DNA of 59,074 bases, filler included, from Jimgerdemannia flammicorona (lineage: Eukaryota): assembly GCA_003990765.1 (NCBI GenBank). It is 2 parts of 2 records of this genome, joined end to end, with 100 filler letters (N's around TTAATTAATTAA, not from the genome) between each part and the next. Parts side by side here need not be neighbours in the genome. Positions count along the whole stretch, not along the records: positions 29,598 to 59,074 come from RBNJ01000497.1; 1 more part is not named here. One strand, 5' to 3'. Position numbers and translations under genes: made by a program. Under the pieces are notes generated by a model that saw only the letters and a list, made by a program, of their open reading frames with translations, was not told where the DNA came from and made no database searches. Each line of letters opens with the position of its first letter. Within the stretch, counting starts at the first letter, position 1. Shown here in pieces: positions 34,591 to 48,140 of this stretch.

Positions 34591-37500
34591 ATGAACAGTA
34601 TAACTTGAATATTCTCTTTGAATGTAAATGGGTTATGGGGGGCAGCTAGGAGGAAGTATAATTTGGATGGCTAAAGGGACTGAATGTGGATCTCTTTTTA
34701 CTATAGGATGTCCATTATGAGGTAGATGTGGACTTACAGAATTGGACTAAGGAATGGGGGGGGATGGCAGTATAGATGGGGAGGGTGGGTATTCTAGTTT
34801 GAAAGGGGATGGGGAACATTGGCGACATTGGACATTGGGGGACTCAGTTGGTGTAGAGAGTGTGGAAGAGGCCTGGATGGAGCCTGTTGACAGTTGGGTC
34901 ATATTACTGTCCAGCAGAGAGAGGGGAATGGGTGGATTGGATTCAAAGTTTGAAAGAGGCTGGTGTTTTGAGTGAGATTGGGTTTGACTGTCTTGGGGGT
35001 GACTTCAACATAGTGCAAGATAAGGGGATGGACAGGACAGATGACAGGAGAGGAATGAGGAGCAGGAGTGGTGGGTTGGATGATTGGTTAGAGATAGAGG
35101 TTGAGTTTTTTGGTTGATTCAGGGAGCCAGTTTTGAGATGATCATCAAATTTATACTCACTGGATGATAAGGCTGGGCTCAAGGATTGACTGGATATTGA
35201 TAGCAGAATGCTGAAGAGCAGCTCTCTGGACAATGCTGGAGGTGGTGGGGTGTCTGTGGTCAGATCACTGGGGTCTGTTAGGAGGGGGGAGGTTTGGGGG
35301 AAGTGGGGATGGGCCTGGACATTGGTGACTGAATTCTTCTTTGTTAGAGAATGGGGCTTCATGGGCAGACTGGCAGAAGGAGGTTATTGAGAAAATTAAG
35401 AGGTGGCAGGAACAGGGCCTGGTAATTGGGGACTACTGGAGGAGACTGAAAGTAAGTGCTCAGGGGTACTGGAGGGAAGCAGGGAAAGGGAGGTGTACTT
35501 AGCAGCAGCAGAGGGTGCTATGGGTCTCACAGTGATTGGCAGCACTTATGGGGAGATGGGCAGGGGTGCTAGAAGACTGGGAGTGGCCAACTGGTGTATT
35601 GTGATGATCCAGAAGGAAGTTGAGGAGCTTAAGGGAGTGTTACAAAGGGAGGAAGAGGTTAGGCTGAAGGGGATGGTGGCATGGCTGAGGTGGTAGGGGC
35701 TTGAGGAGGGAGAGAGATCTACTAGGTTTTTATCATGAATATTACAAGCACAGAGAACTAATCAGCAGTGGGATGGGCTCCTGGATATAGATGGGGAAAT
35801 AGTGGTGAAGACTCTAGTGATTCTGGGATTACTGAGGACTTGTTGGGTGGATTTGTGGAGTGAGGAGAAAGGGGGGGAGGATGCTTTGAACATTGAGAGG
35901 CAGCTGGAAGATTGGTATCCAGATCCTGCAATGGGCCTGGAGACTCTGGGAGATCCAGTGAAGGGTGAGGAAATTTGCAAGGTCTTGGCTGTGACAAGTA
36001 AGGGGATGGCTCTGGGTGAGAATGGACTTCTCTAGGATTTTTGGAAGAAGATGGCTGGGGTGGCAGAGGTATTGGAGGAAATGATGGAAATGTGTGATAA
36101 TGTTCTTTGGTCTGAAACTTGGATTGGGGGCCAGGACCTAGGACTGGTCTCCTTGCTCTACAAAGATAAGAGGTGATGGAAAGATTGGAAGAACTGGCAG
36201 CCAATCATGCTACTTGACATGGACTGCAAACTAGTGACAAAGATATTAGTGATAAGGCTGCAGGGAATTGCTCAGCAAGTACTTGGTGTGAAGCAACAAG
36301 GATTTGTCAGTGGCCAGTTGATCTGAGATGGGACAGCTTGGGTACATGGTATGATTAAATGGGCCCAGGCTGCAGGGGTGGATGGCAGATTGGTTTTTTT
36401 GGATCAGGAGAAGGCATATGATAGACTGAGGAGAATCTGGCTAGAGAAAGTATTGAAATGGGTTGGTGTTCCCCCAGGGTTCCTAAGGTCATTGATTGGT
36501 CTTTTGGAGAACAGTCAGGCTGCATTGGTCATCAATGGCCACAGGGGTATAACCTTTCCTCTTGATCATGGGGTGCCACAAGGAGACCCTTTGTCACCCA
36601 TCTTATATGCCCTCTCTCTGGAGCCCCTACTGGATAGGATCTGGCATCGAATTCGGAGTTTGGACATTCTAGTGATTAATTGAAAGGTGGGGGCCTTTGC
36701 AGATAACATAGTGGTTGGACTGGGCTCATTAGCAGATGTGGGGGAGTTAAGGAGATCTGTTGAATGGTATGAGAGGGGCTCTGGTGCTAGACTCAATTGG
36801 CACAAATGTGAGACTCTGGTACTAGGTGGCAGAATTGTTGGTGGTAATGTGGTTGGGATAGTGGTACTGGCAGGAGAGCCAGTTCGTTATCTGGGGATCT
36901 ACTTTTCAGTATTTGGGTCCCTTCTGCCCCATGCATGGTGGGATCAATAACTCCTGACATGGGGAAATGTGCTTTTGTGATGGGGTGGTTGGCATATATC
37001 CTTGGCAGGAAGGGTGACAGTGCTGAATATGTATTGGATGCTGAAGCTGTGGTATGTGAGATACATATCATCTGGACTTCTCAGCTTGGGTGGTCAGGAG
37101 ACTGATGAAAATGGCAAGATCATTGATCTGAGCAGAGCAGCAGAGTCAGATAGGTTGGGAGGTTCTGACCTTCCCAGTGGAAAGAGGTGGGCTGGGTTTA
37201 GTGGACTTTACCAAATAGCTTCATTGCTTGAGAGCATGGTGGCTGAGGAGGGCGAGTGAGCTGAGGGATCAGGAGTGGGTACTGCTTATGCAGAGGGTGT
37301 GAGAGGCCCGGTATTCCCCCCATGGAGCCTCTGGTGACCTTCTTGCATTGGTGGCCATGGATGGGAGCAAGAGGATATAGTATAAGGGCTTCTGGTGGAG
37401 AGTGGTGGATGGTATTAGAAGAATTAGACTTTGGTGGCAGAGTGATGAGGGAGAGGAGGATTGGGGACCACAGATGTGGAGATGGGACAGGCTGCTGCTG

Positions 37501-38265
37501 GGCAGTGTTTTGGTGGAGGACTTCCAGCTTGGCAATGAAATGGAGTATTTGCAGGGCTTAGGTGGGAACCTTTTGCCTGAAACCTGGCAGAGGGTTGGGA
37601 TTGGCAAGGTGTGAGAATGGAATGGTCTCTGGCTTTGGGGCAGGTGGGTGATGTGGTGGCTACCCCCCAAGTTCTGGGTGGTTTGGTGGTAAGTTCTTAG
37701 GCAGAATGTGATGTTGAACTATCAGTCTGGGCACTTGGTGGCCAGTGGCACGTTTGAATGTGAGAAATGTTCAGATGTTGGACAGGAAGGGGGAGTGATA
37801 CAAATGCCTGAACATTGGCTTGGCAAATGTGATGTTTTGGGGATGTTTGGCATCATATTGCAGACTGGTTAGGGCTGCAAGCCCTGAAAGGAGAGGAAGG
37901 GGGGAGATGGAGAGAGCTCTGCCAAAGACTGGTAGGAGGGTTTGGGGATGAATGGCTGATCCTTGGTTGGGTTCTGGCCATATGGGTCAGGCTGGCTAGA
38001 CATTGGGTATATGTATTTGAGGAGGGCCAGTGGGTTGGCATTGGGGATAAGGTGGTACATTGGAAATAGTTATTACTGGATATTTTGAATGGCTGGTGGT
38101 GAGGGTGAGGACCAGGTGGGGGGAGTCACAGGGGGTTGGTACAGTGTATCTCCCAGAAAAGTGGCGGGAGAATTCAGGTGGTGGGTGACTGGGTTGTCCT
38201 CTAGCAGGGGGGAGTAGAGGATGGAGGAGTAGATCCGAGGGGTATCAGTTGAAGGGAAGGGGTGA
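34591..38265 (+). pseudogene. LINE ORF2: AP endonuclease, reverse transcriptase and C-terminal Cys/His motif
   Basis: SLNVNGL, GGDFN, SDH, NWQPIMLLDMDCK, LDQEKAYD, GVPQGDPLSPILY, FADN, YLGI and CEKC..EHWLGKC. Confidence 0.93.
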
Positions 38266-38360
38266 TATTGTATTATTATTATTATAGACAGCCATAATAA
38301 AGAGAAGTCCAAGTGACTATAAAAATAAAAAAAAAAAAAAAAAAATAGACACTATACAGT

Positions 38361-41010
38361 TTTTCCAAAGTTCTCCAGATATTGACTCCCTAGCATTTAG
38401 CATTTAACACCCAGTTAATCCTTGAGCCCAACCCTGCTACTGAGTGAGTATAGACTCTATGATCCCCTATCTAAGTCTCCTAGAATTTACTAAAGTGCTC
38501 AAAAATTCGACTTCCTCCCAGACCTCCATACCACCACTTCTACCAACTATCTCTCTTCTTCTATCAGTTCTGTCTATCCTTCTATCACATATCATATTAA
38601 AGTCTCCACCTAGGTAGTCAATCCCTATCTCCACCAATACTTCAGACTCTTATAGCCCTTGAATCCATTCCACCCTCTCTCATCTTTCTACTGGACAATA
38701 CATAGTATAACCTAATAGTTAAGAGTTACTAGCCTGGCCTCCTCCAAACTCTCTATACTACTCTATTCCCCCAATGTCCAACATCTTTAATATCTGCTGC
38801 TCTCTTTCTAACCAGAATACCCACACACCCCTGCCATACCACTATATCTTCCTATTCTCTCATCCAATCCAGAATATCCAAGTCTCTATTATATCCAATA
38901 TTCTATAGTAAGAATAAATCTGCATTCATTCTCTTTAGTCATCCAAAGATATTTTGATGCCTTGCTACTCCACATAGCCTTTGGATATTCAAAGACAAAA
39001 TTGTTCATATTGAATAATATTATTTAAAGAATAGCTATCTACTCTCTAATTCTATACTTACTGTATTACCTGCATCATCTAGGTTTCTCTCTGCCTCAAG
39101 CTCATCTGCCTCTCTCTACTGAGTATCCAATGCCTCTAAGATCTCCTAACAATCTACACTATCCAGAGCTTCTATCTCTGTCTAGTACTCCTTGTATATC
39201 ATCTGCAACTTCACTAACCCCTTTCTCAGATACTACATATATAGCTCAGTTATTCACAATTGCCAGAAGTATCTCCTCTCTATCATCATCTACTTAGTAT
39301 ACTCCAGCCTCTAGCAGAGCTGCCATTATCTCATCCAGGAGTTTCTACTACATCTCTTCACCATGCAGGATTTTACCCCAGTGCCTCTCACTCAGTATCC
39401 AAAAGTCCTCTCCCCATAGCTCCTCAGGCACTACATTTTCTAACATCTTCCACAGCTATTTCTCCTTGTCTACAGCCTCCTCCACTCTCTGCACCACCTC
39501 CTTCTGCCCTTCCACCTGCCCCCCCTCTATATTCCTTCTCACCAACTTGTCTAAAACCTCCTCCAGCTCTTCTGCAGTTTGTAATCTCCTTCAGCCCCAT
39601 CTAGCACTCTATACTGAGAGTGCTCCCCCTCAACCATCTTCTCATTCTCTATGACAACACTCAGTCCAGAGCCTCCCCTCCCTCCTGGGGCCTCCTCTGG
39701 TGCTACTCCCTTTCTCCTACCAAGACACTTATTCTTAATTCAGCTTCTTCTACAGTAGTCCCCCCCTCTACCCCCCCTCCCAACTTGGCCAACAGATCCT
39801 TCTAAATATACCTCTCTTATGCCCTCTCTCAGGCTGTCTAATCCAGCTACACCTTCTTACCATTCACAATTTCTATTACTGTCTTAACCTCAAACTCTTT
39901 CCAAACCAATCTCCTTCTCTTCATAGCCTCAGCCAGATTCTCTAGTATCTCCAGTATATCCTTTTCTTCCTCCAGCATCTCTTTTACTCTTAAGACCTTG
40001 TACTCCACAGGTCCCCATTTGAGGACTGCTAGCCAGTCTCTTACTTTCTCTATATTCTTCTTATCTGTCAGTCATACTCTAATATCTATATCTTCTGTCC
40101 TAAACTCTATGCCTTCCTAGACTCTAAACTCAATATCTATGATATCTCTATTCTCCTTTATAACCTCTATAATCAACTCTCTGGCCATCTCTTTTGACAT
40201 TATAGGAATATCTAATACTGTCAGCTATACTATTTGAAGATCCTAGTACAAGTACTGGGCTATAGAGAATATGACCCCTCCTATAACTACTCTATTCTCT
40301 ATCACTTCTAACAGCATATCCTCTTTTTTGAAGCCTATCTCCACCCCTTTCAGACCCTTCAAAAATTTCACCAAGGCTACTCTCTTCATCTTCTGGGCTA
40401 AAAGCCCTAGATCATCCTTATAGTCATCACTAAGCCCTAGAAATATAACATGATAGCAAATTCTAATCTCAACTTCTTGAGTAACAGTACCACCACCAGA
40501 CCTATCACACCATCTGTCAGATCTCCAGGCCTCATTCCCACTCTCTACTCAGACTTACTATTAACTATTATATCTGACTTTTTTTTCAAATTAGTAGTCT
40601 CCTTGTTATCAGCAGTTCTACTTTCTCCAGCAACTACTCCTCTAGCCCTGCCACTCTCACTACAATGGGCTGCTCTACCAGGCCTAGCAGCCCTTGCCAT
40701 CTTCTTGCTCTTTCTCAGCCAACCCTCTAATCTAGTCATCAGATGGCCTTTCTTCACCTTGTCTGCAAAGCTCATCTTCCTAGTCTCCTATCTTCTAGTA
40801 CTACCCCCTCCCCTTCTACATCCTCCTACTAGCAGATTCTGCATACTTTCCCCCAAGCCATGACTCCTCCCCACATACTGCTAGTCAAATATACTAGAGC
40901 TACCCTGTCTAGTACATCCTTTGGAATACTCATCAGTTGCTATATTACTAGTATCTATTCTCTAAAAATGATGTCTTGAGTATTGCCACAAGTTTGTATA
41001 ATCTGAATAT
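38361..41010 (-). mobile_element. LINE copy 1, 5' part (ORF1 and APE)
   Basis: Joins seamlessly to 32552 across the TSD, next to the SDH motif. Contains SFADKVK. The 5' ATTCAG lies near 41008. Confidence 0.9.
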
Positions 41011-42093
41011 TATAGAAGAAAGGTATATAAAAGTAGTAACTTTTGCAGAAATTAATAGTCTTAATAATTAATTAATAAGTCAAATTGAGCTAGATCTCAT
41101 AAATAACTTTAACCTATAAGAGTTCTATAATGATGATGCATGAATGATATCTTCAATAAACTTATTAGTTTATTTCAAACACCCATCTCTTAGATCCAGA
41201 TATCTATAAATATCTGACTATAGAAATTTCTATATCAGCTAATGTGAGACTAGTTTCACCAGTATCTACACTATTATCTGAAACTATAAAATCACAACTA
41301 AACTCTGAAGAGTCTAGTATTATATCATCTGAATCCAAAACTCTGAGAGAGATCTTATCTTCTTTTACAGAAGTCTGTTACTACTATATAATATAATAGA
41401 TATTATATTACAAAATCTTAGTCAAAACCTAGAAAAATTTCTTCATAGTTAATTTATAAAAATAATATTATTAAATATTATTATTATGACTAAGCAATAA
41501 TACTATTGTGGTATAACTTTATATGTATATTATTTCTAGTAATTATCTATTTTATATATATCTTTTAGCCAATAGTTAGTTAATATTAAAAGACCTTCAA
41601 AATATATAAAATTCTTCAGAGAAGTAACTCAATAAAGATAGAATCTTATAATGAAGAATTTAGTTAAAAGAAAAAGATCTTACATTTGTAATTTATAGAT
41701 TAGTCTCTGAATAATCTAAAATTAAAAGACTATATCTAAAATTAGATATTCTGAATCCTATAAATATTTGAACTCTGAAGAATCTAAATATATTTCTCAA
41801 AACCAGATTATATCTAAAGAGGATATATTAAAAGACTTAAACTTTATATATAGTATCAAAGTCTATAATTGTCAAATTATTATGCAAGTCTATCAGAAGG
41901 AAACTAGATTAATTAGAAGTATAACAAATAGTACTTAGATATTAAGATAGCTGCTTTCTTAAACTAAAGACATCAGATATAAGTGCTTTTAAGTCTTTGA
42001 TCTCAAGAGTTATTATATAAGAAAATAAAGAATTATTAAATAGTCTATAAGCTATAACTAAATATATTCTATGAGAAGTCACAATATATATAC

Positions 42094-45000
42094 TATAATG
42101 GTTGATCTGAATTAGGAATATAAATCAGAGAAATTTGATATTTGATTGTAGTACCTGATCCCAATTCCCAGTATAGTATAGCCTTATGAATATTAGTTAT
42201 TTTACAAACATTAAAGTTTCATGAATGTTAAACTCTTCACAAATGTTAAGAATTTACAGATGTTAAATTTTTGATAATTATCAAAGATTTAACAAATGTC
42301 AAGAATTAACATTTGTAAAAAGTAACTCATAACATAGTTATAACTTAGCCTCTATATAGCTAGCAAACTTGTATAAAAAATCCAGTATCTTAGAGTGAAT
42401 AAACCTCAGATCAAAATAGTTCAAAGCTAAGAGAAAGTAAAGGAACTAGTAAGCCTGCAGACAGATATACTTTGAACTTACTCTCCTGCACCCTGAGGAC
42501 TCTGTGAGAGTCCGAATAAGTTAAGTTTTCAAGATATAGAAATCTGCTATACTTCTGAGATTAGATGTCTACTATATTATAACTTGGTACTCATTGGCTG
42601 GTAATTCAAGACAAATCCATCACTTTCAAACTGAATAATGAACAACTACTACCACCCAAACAACTATACAAATTGAACCAAGACATCCAGACAAGATAGA
42701 TATAAGACCATCAGTATTTCATAGATATACTTCAGATGAATCAATCATTATCTTTATTGATGATTTGAGCAGTATACTATTGTAAGGACCCTGACAGCAA
42801 TACAGCAAGTAGCCCTCCAGCCTTTCAGTCTCTGAGGATTAGCAAGAGCAGCATTTACAGACAATATGTGGGAAATAATAACAATATAGTACTAGTTGCA
42901 CAGAAGGCCTGGCTCCAAGCCACCTACTATATAGATAAGATCAAGCAAGCCCTGAAATTTCAGCTTAATATAACTTATCAGAGAATGAGTGAGGATCTAA
43001 ACACATTCTATACCAGAATCTAATATCAGATAATTCTTGCAGATCATACTACTACTATCTGAGATCAATTAGCAAGACAACCTTCATGAAAGGAGTTTAC
43101 TCAGAGATAGTCCTAGCTATTCACTCATTACTAATAGTTCTGGATCTATTACAAAAAGTTACCTATGCCCAGTGATACTGGATAGCCAGATACTTGCAAG
43201 ACCATACAATAGAGAGAGTCACCAGAGTTAGAATTGAAGTACCCAAGGCAACTAGTGTAATCTCTACTATAGTGATCAATCAAAACATACCTCAGTAAAG
43301 AGCTACCAAATAGTAGAGAAATAGTGACCCCATGGAGAAACTCACTAAGAAGTTTACTGAAATGACAGCTCATCTAGAAGATATGGTAAAGGAAATTAAA
43401 GGAAGAGATTGCTGCCAAGCTTAGAAATTTGCCACTACCTCAGACAAGAAGAGAGGTTCCTACTACTCTTGTAAAGAAAAAAGCCACTGCTCATATGAAT
43501 ATATCAGTAAAACTAAGTACAAGGTCTAGTCAAGCAATGCTACTTGAAATAAGAAACAGACCAACACTATTACCTTTGAGGAGATTGGGGAATTAGATAA
43601 AGAGGAATAAATGCCTACTCTGCCAAAACTATCAAAAAAGATATCTACAAACAAACTCTACAAGAGACTACTAGAGAGACCCAAGAAGAACTCTGTGGAA
43701 AAATAGATAGAGACTGCTACAGAAAGTCAAGATGAAGAAACAGATCCAGATATGGAACTAGAACAGGTTATTCAAGATATCATATGAGGAATCACTCTAG
43801 TTAGTGAAGGAGAAAAGGAGAAAAAGCTTTACAAAATCAAGACCTTCAAGTATTATATCTTCAAGAATCTCAGTCAACAAAAAGGCAATACAATCTTGAC
43901 CAGCTAGCAGAAATTTCTGCATTTAGACAACAAATAAGATATAGACTTGCTGAGACAACCAATGTTCAAGAAGACTTAGGAGAAGAGAGCAAAGACAATC
44001 ACAAGACCTCTGCCTATGCAATCTATCAGATTGAAGATAGAATCTTCAAAGCCATCATTGAAACAGGAGTAGAAGGATAAGAAAGTAGCAGACTGCCTAG
44101 GTTGAGAAGTTGAAGAAGCAACTAAGCTAGTATTTATCATAGCAGATAGTATAAGAGCCACACCTCTGAGAAAGATCCAAGATATTCCCATCAAGTTTGG
44201 GGGAGCAACTATTCTGATGTGATTGTAACCAATGTCATCAATTATGACATCCTTATTGATAATCAGTGGCTTTATAAAGCCAAAGCAATAATTAATCTAA
44301 ATACTCAGAAGATGCAGATCATCTACAGAGGCCAGAAGATGTGAATCACCATTAATGTTAATAAAGGAGTATTGTCTGAGATGGTGGAAGAAGAATGTGA
44401 GCAAGAAGAAGTATATATAGTAACTACTCAGAAAAAGAAGAAGAAAGTCAGATAGATCAGTGAAGAAGACTGATGTAAGAAGATTACAGAAAGATATACA
44501 CCACAAGAAGTCTGCCCCCATAGAATCAAGATATACTGTAGCAAGCACATCAATGACTGCTACCAATATAGCATCAGCATCAGAAAGAACTATCAGGAAA
44601 GAAGACAGAAGGTTCTTGAAAAGCAGACAAAAGAAGAGGAGGAAGAGGATGACAAACCATCAGCTCCCTTAGAGGATAGTGATGATGAAGAAAAAATCAA
44701 GGTCAAGATTTGGAGGATCCACTCTGATGCAGTTCTATCAGAAAACATATCAGAAAATACAACCATAATGGATATTACCACAGTAGAAGAAACTGTACTG
44801 AAGCTCCAGACAACTATCCTACTTGCAACTGGTCTAGAGATGACTATTCTGAAGGACTACATATATCAGAATCCTCAAAACAAGAAGTAGCCAGGCTAGG
44901 AGTGAAATCACAATTGAAGGAGGAGTTATCAATTCAGATTATATTGGAGAAATACTATTTATGGCTAGGAACCACAATCCTACAATTCCATTTTCAATTA

Positions 45001-45278
45001 AGAAGAAGAACTGACTGGCACAGATGTTGATCTTCCTAGTTCTTCAGCCAAGGATCATGGAAGTCAAGAAGTTGGAGAAAATAGAAAGAGGAGAGAAAGG
45101 ATTCAGATCCACAGAAAGAGGAGTATTTGCTAGTATCAGAATCACTAAACTAGATTACAAGAGGGAGAAAACTGCAAACAGATATGGCTACACTATTGGA
45201 AATGAATTCCCACTCAAAAAGGAACTCAAGAAGATACTCTATGAATTCAAGAATGTCTTAGCTACAGATTTCAAGGAT
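42094..45278 (+). mobile_element. Gypsy family A copy A3, 3'-truncated (LTR, PBS, gag, protease, dUTPase)
   Basis: 5' LTR at 42094-42581, PBS at 42585, colinear with 17516 to about 20758. Confidence 0.93.
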
Positions 45279-47962
45279 CTTCATCCATTCTGTCCAGCAG
45301 TCTATCACTTATTATGTTAAAATCACCCCCTAGACAGTCAATTCCCTTGGCTACCATAATACTCACAACTCTTAGTCTCCTTATCCACTCCACATGTTCT
45401 CTCCTTTCTGCTGGACAATATCATGACCCAATAGTCAAGGGGCTCTAGCCCAGCCTTATCTACACTCTCAATACTACTCTGCTCCTACAATGTCCAATGT
45501 CCCCAATGTCCCCCTTGCCCTTCCTAACCAGAATACCCACCTGACCCTGCTATACTACTATACTTTCCCATTCCCTTTTTCAATTCTGCACATTCAAGCC
45601 AGCATCATAGCTTATGTCCTATAATAAGTACAGATCTATATCTAGCTCCTTCAATTAGCTAAAGATATTCCAATATCTCATTGCACCTCTCAAACCATTG
45701 ATATTTAAAGAGAAGATTCTAGTTATTCTATTCATTTTGAATAATTTTTAGAGAGTAAGCATCTATCCTACAATTTCATACTTATCATATTACCAGCAAT
45801 ATCTAGATTCTAATCTATCTCAAGTTCATCTGCCTCTCTCTGCTGAGCATCCACTGCTTCCAAGATCCTCAATAGTCTACACCATCCACTGCCTCCATGT
45901 CAGACCAGTAGTCCTTATACACCACTTGCCACTACTCCAACCCCTACCTAGGTCCCTACAGATATACTGCCCACTTATTTATAATAGTTAGAAGCACTGC
46001 CTCTCTGATATTATCAACCTCATAATTCTTTGTCTCCAATAGGCCTACTAATAGTTTATTACAAAGCTTCTGTACTACCTCCTCTCCTTGCAGGATCTCA
46101 TCCCAGTATCACTCACTAATCATCCTAAAATCCACCTTGCCCAACTCATTAGCTATAACATTCATCAATCTCTTCTACAGCTACTTCTCCAACCCCTATC
46201 TAGGTCCCCACAGATATGCTGCTCACTCATTCATAATGGTTAGAAGCACTGCCTCTCTGGCATCATTAATCTCATATTTCTTTATCTTCAATAAGTCTAC
46301 CAATAGTTTATTATAAAGCTTCTATACTACCTTCTCTTCATATAGGATCTCACTCCAGTATTACTTGCTAATCACCCTAAAATCCACCTTACCCAACTCA
46401 TCAGCTACAATATTCATCAATGTTTTCTATAGCCACTTCTTCTCCTCTATGATCTCATCAATATCTAGAACTACCTTCTGCCTCCCTGCTCCTGAATCCC
46501 TCTCTACATTCATCCTTACTGACTCATCCCAGTCCTTCTCCAGTATATCTTGCAGCTTATCAGTCTCTCACCCTCCTGTAGACACCCCATACTATACTTG
46601 GGCCTCCTCTGTCATCATCATATTCTCAGTCCTAGCACTCTGCTTGAAGCTTCCCCCCTCCTCCAGAGTCTCCATAGGAGTCCACCCCCTTTCTCCGACC
46701 CAAGTACTCATTCTTGATCCACCACTGACTACAGTAGTATTGCTCTCTGCCCTCTCTCCCAGATCTGCCAATAGGTCCTTCTGATATTGCCTCTCTTATA
46801 CTCTCTCTAATATAGTCTTATCCAGTTATACTCTCCTGCCATTCACTATTTCAACTACTGTCCTAGCCTCAAACTCTCTCCAGGCCAGCCTTCTCTTCTC
46901 CACAGCTCCAGTCAGATCCTCCAATACCTCTAGCAAGTCCTCCTTCTCTTCTGATATCTCTTTCACCCTCAAGACCTTATACTTCACTAGTCCCTACTTT
47001 AGTGCCACTGGTCAATCCCATTCTTTTCCAGTATTCTCCTTACCCATCACCCTAATCTGAACATTTATATTACTAGTCCAGAACTCAGTCCATTCCCTCA
47101 TTCAGAAGCTAACATTTACTACATTCAGCATACTTTTTAATAATGTCTATGATTAGCTCTCTGGCTACTTTCTTCTTCACTATGGGTATATTTGGCACCA
47201 CTAGTTGAACTACTCTAGAGTCCTAGTATAGATACTGAGCTATAGAAATCACCATCCCTCTCACCACTACTCTTTTCTCCAATACTTCTAACATTAACTC
47301 CTCCTTTTCAAAGCCTATCTCTACTCCTTTCAGTCTCTTCAAAACCTTCACTGAAGCCACTTCTTTCATCTTCTGAGCTAGAAGACCCAGAACCATTTTT
47401 ATCATAACTACTAAGCCTCTGAAGTACAAAGTGATGGTGAATTTGATTACTAACTTCTTGAGTAATAGTGCTACCACCAAACCTGTTACATCATCAGCCA
47501 GATCTCTAGCCCTTATGACTCCCCCAGCCCAGTTCAATTAGCTATTATATAGGATTTTGTTTCAGATTAGCAGTCCTATCTCTATCAGCAGTTCGGCTCC
47601 CCCCAGTCTCTACTCCTGCAGCCCTACCACTAGTGCCACTATAGACTCTCCTGCTAGGTCCTACAGCTCCCTCCTTCTCTTTGCCCTTCTGTAGCCAGCC
47701 CTTCAGTCCAGTCACCAGATTCTCTATCTTGCTTATTAGTAAAACTTATTCTTCCAGACCCCTGTCTGTTGGTTCCCCCTCATTTACCTTCTTGTTTACC
47801 AGCAAGAGTGCCCAATAGGCTCTCCCCCAGTCTGTGACTCCTCTCTACATACTACTAGTTTAATGTACTAGAGCCACTCTACCCTATATATTCCTTATTA
47901 GTTACTATGTTATTATCATCTTTTCTCCAAAAATAATATCAAAAGTTTTGTATAACCTGAAT
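45279..47962 (-). mobile_element. LINE copy 3, 3'-truncated (ORF1 and start of APE)
   Basis: GGDFN remnant near 45330, homology to ORF1, and a 5' ATTCAG at about 47962. Confidence 0.88.
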
Positions 47963-48140
47963 TATACTAGAGAAAGATATTAATTTAATTTGTCTTTATA
48001 TAAGTTGTAGTATATATAAATAATTAGGTATAGATAACTATACTATGCTAAAAGTTTATATTATCTAATTATACTTTATTATTCACTTGTTATATTGATA
48101 ATAAGTTTATTTTATATAAGATCTATAATTAATATATCTT

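Larger units (their letters stand above)
32553..38344 (+). mobile_element. Full-length L1/Tx1-like LINE copy 2 with 16-bp TSD
   Basis: ORF1, APE-RT ORF2 and poly(A). TSD ATAGAYACTATAYAGT at 32537-32552 and 38345-38360. Confidence 0.95.

Noticed and set aside
41020..42093. Possible Mutator/SWIM transposase remnant
   Set aside because: Too eroded; no motif could be read confidently.
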